Made by a program: the position numbers and the translations under genes. A stretch of 64,000 nucleotides of DNA from Solirubrobacteraceae bacterium (GTDB lineage Bacteria > Actinomycetota > Thermoleophilia > Solirubrobacterales > Solirubrobacteraceae): assembly GCA_035553095.1 (NCBI GenBank), contig DATNDZ010000020.1, positions 17,690 to 81,689 of the forward strand. The letters are read 5' to 3'. The first letter of the stretch is position 1. Every line of letters starts with the position of its first letter. The notes beneath the pieces were generated by a model. That model was given only the letters and a program-made list of their open reading frames with translations. It did not search any database and had not been told where the DNA came from. Positions 57,295-64,000 of this stretch are shown here, piece by piece.

Positions 57295-57927
57295 TCAATC
57301 GCCACCCTGCACGCGCCCGGCGAAGCCGGTCGGCAGCCGGTTCAGCTCGTGCGAGGAGATGACGCGGTCGATCAGGCCGTACTCGCGAGCCTCCTCAGCC
57401 GTGAAGTAGCGGTCGCGGTCCATGTCGTCGTGGACCCGCTCCAGCGGCTGGCCGGTGTGGTGCGCGTAGATCTCGTCGATGTGGCGGCGCAGCTGCAGCG
57501 TCTCCTTGGCGTGGATCTCGATGTCGGCGGCCTGCCCCTGAAAGCCGCCCGAGGGCTGGTGGATCAGGATGCGGCTGTTGGGCAACGCCATGCGCTTGCC
57601 CGGCGCGCCGCCGGCGAGCAGCAGCGAGCCCATGCTCATGGCCACGCCGAAGCAGATCGTCTGCACGTCGGGCTTGACGAACTGCATCGTGTCGTAGATG
57701 GCAAGGCCCGAGTAGACGACGCCTCCCGGCGAGTTGACATACAGCGAGATGTCCTTCTCGGAATCCTCCGACTCGAGGTGCAGCAGCTGCGCGACGACGA
57801 GGTTGGCCACCTGGTCGTCGACTGGCGTGCCGATGAAGACGATCCGCTCGTTGAGCAGGCGCGAGTAGATGTCGAACGAGCGCTCGCCGCGCGCGCTCTG
57901 CTCGACGACCATCGGGATCAGGGGCAT
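57295..57927 (-). CDS. clpP: ATP-dependent Clp protease proteolytic subunit
   Basis: [37 protein letters not shown]. Confidence 0.96.
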   Translation of the reverse strand: MPLIPMVVEQSARGERSFDIYSRLLNERIVFIGTPVDDQVANLVVAQLLHLESEDSEKDISLYVNSPGGVVYSGLAIYDTMQFVKPDVQTICFGVAMSMGSLLLAGGAPGKRMALPNSRILIHQPSGGFQGQAADIEIHAKETLQLRRHIDEIYAHHTGQPLERVHDDMDRDRYFTAEEAREYGLIDRVISSHELNRLPTGFAGRVQGGD

Positions 57928-57942
57928 TTGGGCTATCCTTTC

Positions 57943-57985
57943 GACAACTTGACGGTTGTCAAACCATAGCAACCACTTGGTTGTC
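57943..57985. promoter_or_regulatory. Two CAAC-N6-GTTG operator-like inverted repeats between divergent clpP and SRPBCC-arsR
   Basis: GACAAC-TTGACG-GTTGTC (57943-57960) and CAACCA-CT-TGGTTG (57970-57983). Confidence 0.72.
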
Positions 57986-57997
57986 AAGGAGGTCGAG

Positions 57998-58336
57998 ATG
58001 GCGGAGCGAACCGAGGAGCGGGCGGCGCAGCCGAGCGAGGCGGCGGCGCGCAGAGAGGTCGAGATCGAGGCCTCGCCCGAGGAGGTCTGGGAGGCGCTCG
58101 TGACCGAGGGGGGCCGCGAACGCTGGCTGCAGGCGCCCGAGCGCGAGATCCAGATCGAGGTCGTGCAGGAGCCGAGCCGGCTCGTGTGGTGGTGGACCGG
58201 CGAGGACGAGCCGCCTACGCGCGTCGAGTTCGAGATCGTCTCCGTGCCGGCCGGCACACGCGTGATCGTGACCGAGTCAGAGCCGGCCTTCCCGATCTCG
58301 CTGCTCGCTCAGAGCTTCGCGCGGGTGGCCGCTTGA
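57998..58336 (+). CDS. SRPBCC/AHSA1-like domain protein
   Basis: [40 protein letters not shown]; AGGAGG RBS. Confidence 0.85.
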   Translation: MAERTEERAAQPSEAAARREVEIEASPEEVWEALVTEGGRERWLQAPEREIQIEVVQEPSRLVWWWTGEDEPPTRVEFEIVSVPAGTRVIVTESEPAFPISLLAQSFARVAA

Positions 58337-58686
58337 GCATCTCGACGCACGGGGCCGCGCGCGGGCACGACGAGCTCGGGCAGGTCTTCGCCGCGCTCGC
58401 AGACCCCACCCGGCGGGCGATGATCGAGGCGCTGTTGCGTGAGGGCACGACCAGCGTCCCGCGCCTCACCGCCGAGTTGCCGATCACCCGCCAGGCCGTG
58501 GCCAAGCACCTGGCCACGCTCGATCACGCCGGCCTCGTCGAGCGCGCCCCGGCGAGCGGGCGCGAGGTGCGCTACCGCCTGCGCGACGGCGCGCTCGTCT
58601 CGGCCGGAGCGTGGCTGGCCGACGCCGAGTCGGCGTGGGAGTCGCGCCTGGCGCGACTGAAGGGCGCGGTCGAGCGCAGGCGCTGA
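58333..58686 (+). CDS. ArsR/SmtB family transcriptional regulator
   Basis: VFAALADPTRR, ITRQAVAKHL..L..AGLV, GREVRY, WESRLARLK; TTGA overlap. Confidence 0.9.
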   Translation: MSISTHGAARGHDELGQVFAALADPTRRAMIEALLREGTTSVPRLTAELPITRQAVAKHLATLDHAGLVERAPASGREVRYRLRDGALVSAGAWLADAESAWESRLARLKGAVERRR

Positions 58687-58736
58687 GCGCTCGCGGGGCG
58701 AGCGCCGGCCCGGTGCCATCGGCTACGCTTTCACTC

Positions 58737-58906
58737 GTTCAACGGCCGGTGGTCGAGGGAAGTCGGTGAGAATCCGACGCGGACCCGCCACTGTGACCGG
58801 GGATGCCAGCCGCGGCGCGCGACGCGCGCAGCCACCGGGACCGCCTCAGCGGCTCGGGAAGGCGCGGAGTGGTAGGCCCGGGAGCCAGGAGACCAGCCTC
58901 CGGCCG
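58737..58906 (+). ncRNA. Cobalamin riboswitch
   Basis: GGGAAGTCGGTGAGAATCCGAC, CCCGCCACTGT, GCCACCG..GGGAAGGC, B12 box GAGCCAGGAGACCAGCC; closing stem CGGCCGG/CCGGCCG; TACGCT at 58724. Confidence 0.95.
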
Positions 58907-58942
58907 AAAGCCCACAAGCCCTCGTGGAAAGGGGTTGGCTCC

Positions 58943-60127
58943 ATGCTCGAATCTCGCCTTCTCGCAAAGAAGCTCTCGTTCGCCCTCGCCTGTGCAAGCG
59001 TCGTGTTCGCCGCGCTTGGGGCATCCGTCGCGTTCGCCGGTCCGACCGTCACCGTGCGCATCGAGGGCGAATCGGCGACGCTGCTGCCGGCCGCCAGCGT
59101 CACGCTCAACGCTCCCGAGCCGGTCAGCAACTGCCCCGCCAACAGCGTCGCCACGGCCATCGACCTGGCCGTCGGCGGCAACTGGGACCACGGCGAGGCC
59201 AACAAAGGAGCCGGCAACTTCACCGAGACGATCCTCGGCGAGACGCACGACTTCACGCACAACTCCGACACGTGGGCCGAGTGGGTCGACTACAAGTGGG
59301 GCGGCGGCATCTGCACGGACACGCTCAACCAGGGCGACGAAGTGCTGATGGTCGCCGACCACGAGCCCGAACCGTTCTTCTCGCCGACGGCCTGGCCGCT
59401 GGTCGTCGCCGGTGCCCCCGCCGTCGCGCAGGTGGGCGTGCCGTTCACGGTGAACGTCAACGAGATTCGCACGCCCGCGGAAACGTTCGCCGAACCGGGC
59501 CAGGGCACGCCGACGCCTGTCGCCGGCGTGACCGTCGGGGGCGCCGGCGCGACCTCCTCGCCGAGCGACGCCGGCGGCGTCGCGACGATCACGCCGACGA
59601 GCGCGGGCAACCTGACGCTGCGCGCGACCAAGGCCGGCGACGCGCCGTCGGCGACCTTCGTCGTGTGCGCGCATGCCGGCAACGACGGCAACTGCGGGAC
59701 GACGAGCCCGTCGGGCGTCTCGACGCCGCCGACGAGCTCGGTCGCGGCGTTCTACAAAGGCCCGTTCGCGGTGGTGGCGCGGGCGAGGGGCATACAGGAC
59801 GGTCACGTCTACGCGCGCCGGCACGCTCCCAAGGTGCTCGCCGGCACGGTCGCCACGCACGCGCGCATCGCCTCGGTGAGCCTCCGCCTGCGTCGCTCCT
59901 ACCGCGGCCGCTGCTTCGCCTACGACGGCGTCGCCGAGCGCTTCAAGCGCGTGCGCTGCGGCCAGGGCAGGTTCTTCGGCGTCGGCTCGACGCCCAACTT
60001 CAGCTACCTGCTGCCGGCGGCGCTCGCGCGCGGACGCTACGTGCTCGACATCGAGGCCAGCGACGTCGCCGGCAATCGCACGACACTCGCCCGCGGCAGC
60101 TCGAGGATCGTGTTCTTTGTGCGATAG
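58943..60127 (+). CDS. Secreted protein, probable DUF4430/transcobalamin-like N-terminal domain plus Ig-like domains
   Basis: Signal peptide; VTVRIEG, ETILGE, WAEWVD..GIC..L..GDEVL; first gene after the riboswitch. Confidence 0.72.
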   Translation: MLESRLLAKKLSFALACASVVFAALGASVAFAGPTVTVRIEGESATLLPAASVTLNAPEPVSNCPANSVATAIDLAVGGNWDHGEANKGAGNFTETILGETHDFTHNSDTWAEWVDYKWGGGICTDTLNQGDEVLMVADHEPEPFFSPTAWPLVVAGAPAVAQVGVPFTVNVNEIRTPAETFAEPGQGTPTPVAGVTVGGAGATSSPSDAGGVATITPTSAGNLTLRATKAGDAPSATFVVCAHAGNDGNCGTTSPSGVSTPPTSSVAAFYKGPFAVVARARGIQDGHVYARRHAPKVLAGTVATHARIASVSLRLRRSYRGRCFAYDGVAERFKRVRCGQGRFFGVGSTPNFSYLLPAALARGRYVLDIEASDVAGNRTTLARGSSRIVFFVR

Positions 60128-60154
60128 CTCGACAGCACGGGGGCGCGCGCCGCG

Positions 60155-61126
60155 ATGAGGGCCGTGCCGCAGTCGCTCGCGCCGGCGGCTCTCGCGTGCG
60201 TCCTGCTCGCCGGCGCCGCGCTGTGCTCAGGCTGCGGGCTCGGTGCCGGCAAGGCTCCCGGCGGCGTGCGGCTCCTCGTCACGCGCGACTTCGGCGCCGC
60301 CACGGTCCGCTCCTGGCGCGCGCCGCAGGCGCGCGGGCAGGAGACCGTGATGCGCCTGCTGATGCGCAACGCGCAGGTCTCCACGCGCTACTCGGGGGGC
60401 TTCGTGCAGAGCATCGACGGCCTCGCCGGCGGGCGCGACGCCGGGCAGCCCGTCGACTGGTTCTACTACGTCAACGGCGTCGAGGCGTCCAGGGGCGCTG
60501 CCGAGACGCAGGTGCATCCGGGCGATCGCATCTGGTGGGACCGCCACGACTGGAGCCAGACCGACGACATCCCGGCCGTCGTCGGCTCCTTCCCGCAGCC
60601 CTTCCTCAACGGCCTCGACGGCAAGCGCCTGCCCGTGCGCGTGGAATGCGCGAGCGTCGGCGGGCCGGCCTGCACGACCGTGACCAAGCGGCTGCGCGCG
60701 CAGGGCGTGCCGGCCGGGGTGGCGGCGCTAGGCGGCGGCGCCGGTGCCAAGCACACGCTGCGCGTCGTCGTCGCGCCGTGGAGCGAGCTCGGCGGCGAAC
60801 TGGCGCTGCGCGAACTGCGGGAGGGTCCGAGCGTGAGCGGGGTGTACGCGCGCTTCGCCGGCGGCGGGCGCACGCTCGCGTTGCTGGACGCGCGCGGTCG
60901 CGCCGTGCAGACGCTCGGCGCGGGGGCCGGGCTGGTCGCGGCCACGCGCAGCGGCGAAGAAGCGCCGGTGTGGGCGGTCACGGGCACCGACCAGGCCGGC
61001 ACCGACACGGCCGCGCGCGCTTTCGACGAGGCCACGCTCAGCGATCGTTTCGCGGTGGCGCTCGGCCCGAGTGGGGCGCTCGCGCTGCCGCGGCCCGACC
61101 CACAGGCGACGGGCGGGGCGAGCTGA
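60155..61126 (+). CDS. DUF4430-domain lipoprotein (putative cobalamin-binding)
   Basis: Lipobox CSGC; FVQSIDG, DWFYYVNG..GA..V.PGDRIWW. Confidence 0.85.
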   Translation: MRAVPQSLAPAALACVLLAGAALCSGCGLGAGKAPGGVRLLVTRDFGAATVRSWRAPQARGQETVMRLLMRNAQVSTRYSGGFVQSIDGLAGGRDAGQPVDWFYYVNGVEASRGAAETQVHPGDRIWWDRHDWSQTDDIPAVVGSFPQPFLNGLDGKRLPVRVECASVGGPACTTVTKRLRAQGVPAGVAALGGGAGAKHTLRVVVAPWSELGGELALRELREGPSVSGVYARFAGGGRTLALLDARGRAVQTLGAGAGLVAATRSGEEAPVWAVTGTDQAGTDTAARAFDEATLSDRFAVALGPSGALALPRPDPQATGGAS

Positions 61127-61128
61127 GC

Positions 61129-62043
61129 GTGGGCACGGCGTTCTTCTATCGCCGCCTGGCCAGCCCGCTGCACGCCACGCGTGCGAGCGTCGGCGCCGTC
61201 TGGGCGCTGTCGCTGACCGCGTCCGCGCTGATCCTCTATCAGCCGCTCGCGCTGCTCGCACTGCTCGCGGCCGTGCTCGGCGCGGGCTGGGGAGCCGGCG
61301 TCGGGCGGCGCCTGGTGCGCTCGCTGCGCACGGCGCTGATCGTGGCCGTGCCGATCGTGCTGGTGAACCTGCTCGTCAGCCGCGACGGGCTCACCGTGTT
61401 CGCACGCCTCGGCGTCCTCGGCCCGTTCGGACAGGGCGACCTGACGCTCGAGGCGCTCGCCTACGGCGGGGTGATCGCGCTGAAGGTCGCGCTGCTGATC
61501 CTGGTCACGACGCTCGCCGGGCTGGCGGTCGACCCGGACGATCTGCTGCGCATGTTCCGCCGCCTCTCGTTTCGCTCGGCGCTGACGGCGACGCTCGCGA
61601 CGCGGATGGTGCCGCTGCTGGCGGCCGACTCCCAGCGCCTGGCCGAGGCGCAGCGTACGCGGCCGGGGGGCGCGCCGGGCGGCGCACGCGGCCGCGTGGC
61701 GCTGCTCGGAGCGGTCGTTGCCGGCTCGCTCGACCGCGCGATGGACGTGGCTGCCACGCTCGAGGTGCGCGGCTTCGCCGCGCACCGACGCGGGCGTCGG
61801 GCGGGTGGCCGGGGCGCCGGTGCCGGCGGGCGGGCTCCGTTCTCGCGCCACGACCTCGCCTTCGCCGCTTCGGCGGCGGCCGTGCTCGCGCTCTCGTTCG
61901 ACGGCCGCCTGGCCGGGTCGGCCGCGTTCTCGGCCTACCCGCGGATCGAGATGCCACTCGGCGCGGGGACCTTCGCGCTGTGCGCCGCCCTGCTCGCGGC
62001 CGTGCTGCTGCCGTTCTGCGACCGCAGGGGGATCGAGCCGTGA
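61129..62043 (+). CDS. ECF transporter transmembrane T component
   Basis: SPLH, TLEALAYG, RMVPLL, AQRTR, SLDRA.DVA..LEVRGF. Confidence 0.88.
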   Translation: MGTAFFYRRLASPLHATRASVGAVWALSLTASALILYQPLALLALLAAVLGAGWGAGVGRRLVRSLRTALIVAVPIVLVNLLVSRDGLTVFARLGVLGPFGQGDLTLEALAYGGVIALKVALLILVTTLAGLAVDPDDLLRMFRRLSFRSALTATLATRMVPLLAADSQRLAEAQRTRPGGAPGGARGRVALLGAVVAGSLDRAMDVAATLEVRGFAAHRRGRRAGGRGAGAGGRAPFSRHDLAFAASAAAVLALSFDGRLAGSAAFSAYPRIEMPLGAGTFALCAALLAAVLLPFCDRRGIEP

Positions 62044-63716
62044 GCTCAGCGCTGCTCTCATTCGAGCGTGTCTCCTACAGCTATCCCGGCACCGAGCAGC
62101 CCGCGCTGAGCGACGTCAGCCTCGAGCTTCACCCGGGCGAGTTCTGCCTCCTGGCCGGGCTCTCGGGCAGCGGCAAGTCCTCGCTGCTGCGCGCCGCCAG
62201 CGGGCTCGTGCCGCACTCCCACGGCGGCCGATTCGCCGGTCGCGTCAGCGTCGCCGGACTCGACACGCGCGAGCACGGCCCGGCGCGGATCGGCGCGTTC
62301 GCCGGCGCCCTCTTCCAGGATCCGGAGACGCAGCTGGTGACGAGCTCGGTGCGGGCCGAGCTCGCGCTCGCGCTCGAAACGCGCGGGCACGCGGCGACGG
62401 CGGTCGCCCGCGGCGTCGAGGAGGTCGCGCTGGCGCTCGGAATCGATGCGCTGCTCGACCGCTCGACGCACGAGCTTTCGGGCGGGGAGAAGCAGCGCGT
62501 GGCGCTGGGCGCGGCGCTCGCCGGGCGCCCGCGCGCGGTGCTGCTCGACGAGCCGACCTCGCAGCTGGACCCGGTCGCAGGCGACGAGCTGATCGGCCTG
62601 CTGCGCAGGCTCAACCAGGAGTGGGAGACGACGATCGTGCTGGCCGAGCATCGCCTCGAGCGCTGCCTTGCGGCGGCCGACCGAGTGATCGCGCTCGAGC
62701 TGGGCCGAGTCGCATTCGACGGCGCCCCGCATGACTTCGTGCGCTGGGCCGGCGAGCGCTCGCCGGCGCTGCAGACGCCGGGCGCGAAGCTGTTCGCGCT
62801 GTCCGGGCTGCACCCGGCGCCGGTCGGCGTTCGCCAGGCGCGCGCGGCGCTGCGCGCTCGCGGGCTGCTGCCCGAACAGCAGGAGTCGGCGGCCGCGCCG
62901 GCGCTCGGCGAGCACACAGCGGTCGGCCCAGACGCCGCCGCCGCGGTCGAACCGGATCTCGGGCGTGCGCCCTCGCGGCGACGCCGCCGCCGGGGCGCTC
63001 CGCAGCCGGCGCTCGAGCTGCGCGGTGTCTGGCACGAGCTGCGCGATGGGCCGGCAATCCTGCGAGGCGCCACGCTCACGCTGATGCCGGGCGAGGCGGT
63101 CGCGCTGATGGGGCGCAACGGGGCAGGCAAGTCGACGCTGCTGCGCCACGCGGCGGGACTGCTGCAACCCACGCGCGGGCGGGTCCTGGGCGCGGGGCGG
63201 GTGGCGCTGCTGCTGCAGAACCCGGGCGACTACTTCATCCACGAGCGCGTCGACGAGGAGACCTCGGCACGCGCGCTCCTCGACGTCGGCTTGAGCGGGC
63301 TGGCGGCGCGCCATCCCCGCGATCTGTCGGGCGGCGAGCGCCAGCGCCTTGCGCTCGCGATCGTCACCGACGGCGAGCGCCCGGCGGTGCTCGCGCTGGA
63401 CGAGCCGACGCGGGGCATGGACCGGAGCGCGAAGGCCGAGCTGGCGGCGCAGCTGCGCGCGCGGGCGGGGGAGGGGCAGGCGCTGATCGTCGCCACCCAC
63501 GACCCCGAGTTCGCGGCGGCGTGCGCCGTGCGCGCGGTGCTGCTCGCCGACGGTCGCGTGATCGCCGACGGGACGACGGCCGAGCTGCTGGCCGGCGGTT
63601 GGTACTTCGCAACCGAGACGGCGCGGATCCTCGGCGGCGCCGGCGGGGCGCTGCTGCCCGAGCAGGGTGCGGAGCTGCTGCGCCGCGAGAGCCCGATCGA
63701 GGCGGTGCCGGCATGA
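62040..63716 (+). CDS. ECF transporter ATPase with two NBDs
   Basis: GLSGSGKS/LSGGEKQ/LLDEPT and GRNGAGKS/LSGGERQ/ALDEPT. Confidence 0.93.
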   Translation: MSSALLSFERVSYSYPGTEQPALSDVSLELHPGEFCLLAGLSGSGKSSLLRAASGLVPHSHGGRFAGRVSVAGLDTREHGPARIGAFAGALFQDPETQLVTSSVRAELALALETRGHAATAVARGVEEVALALGIDALLDRSTHELSGGEKQRVALGAALAGRPRAVLLDEPTSQLDPVAGDELIGLLRRLNQEWETTIVLAEHRLERCLAAADRVIALELGRVAFDGAPHDFVRWAGERSPALQTPGAKLFALSGLHPAPVGVRQARAALRARGLLPEQQESAAAPALGEHTAVGPDAAAAVEPDLGRAPSRRRRRRGAPQPALELRGVWHELRDGPAILRGATLTLMPGEAVALMGRNGAGKSTLLRHAAGLLQPTRGRVLGAGRVALLLQNPGDYFIHERVDEETSARALLDVGLSGLAARHPRDLSGGERQRLALAIVTDGERPAVLALDEPTRGMDRSAKAELAAQLRARAGEGQALIVATHDPEFAAACAVRAVLLADGRVIADGTTAELLAGGWYFATETARILGGAGGALLPEQGAELLRRESPIEAVPA

Positions 63717-64000
63717 GCTGGCCGCTGGCGTCGTTCCTGCTCGTGGGTGCCGTGCTGGCGCTCGGCTGGCTCGCCTACGAGCGCGCGCGCCCCTCGGCGC
63801 GCATGGTCGCCGTGGTGGCGACGCTGGCGGCGGTCGCCGCGCTCGGACGTGACGCGTTCGTCGCGGTCCCCGACGTCAAGCCGATCACGGCGATGACGCT
63901 CGTGGTCGGCTATGCGCTCGGCCCGCTGCCGGGCTTCAGCGTCGGCGCGCTCGGCATGCTCGCGTCGAACTTCGTGCTCGGTCAGGGCCCGTACACGCCG
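63713..64000 (+). CDS. ECF transporter S component (CbrT-like), 3' partial
   Basis: Hand translation MSWPLASFLL..ALGRDAFVAVPDVKPIT..GFSVGAL..ASNFVLGQGPYTP; ATGA overlap. Confidence 0.85.
   Translation, partial: MSWPLASFLLVGAVLALGWLAYERARPSARMVAVVATLAAVAALGRDAFVAVPDVKPITAMTLVVGYALGPLPGFSVGALGMLASNFVLGQGPYTP

Overview
High-GC chromosomal window with gene content typical of Thermoleophilia/Solirubrobacterales-like Actinomycetota (taxon is inferred). It is mostly housekeeping: nnrD, alr, a CCA/HD nucleotidyltransferase, trxB, glyQS, lon, clpP, tRNA-Pro(TGG), fatty-acid oxidation and redox genes, a mazEF-type TA pair, two tandem heme-copper oxidase operons (one A1-type, one A2-type) and a cobalamin-riboswitch-controlled ECF/DUF4430 uptake operon. 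Unusual features: (1) two intergenic arrays of 5-6 abutting, loop-less 22-24 bp perfect palindromes, all centred on RCATGY but with different arms, each array enclosed by an 8 bp inverted repeat (15896-16062, 44883-45025); (2) an intact, translationally coupled Tcp/Tn916-like type IV secretion gene set headed by its own divergent ECF-like sigma factor, with no relaxase, coupling protein, integrase or att site visible (46141-55660); (3) a second, modular ~91 bp structured repeat in three copies; (4) a GAA/AAA codon shift and low Asp content seen mainly in exported proteins. All calls were made by eye from motifs; no database searches were run.
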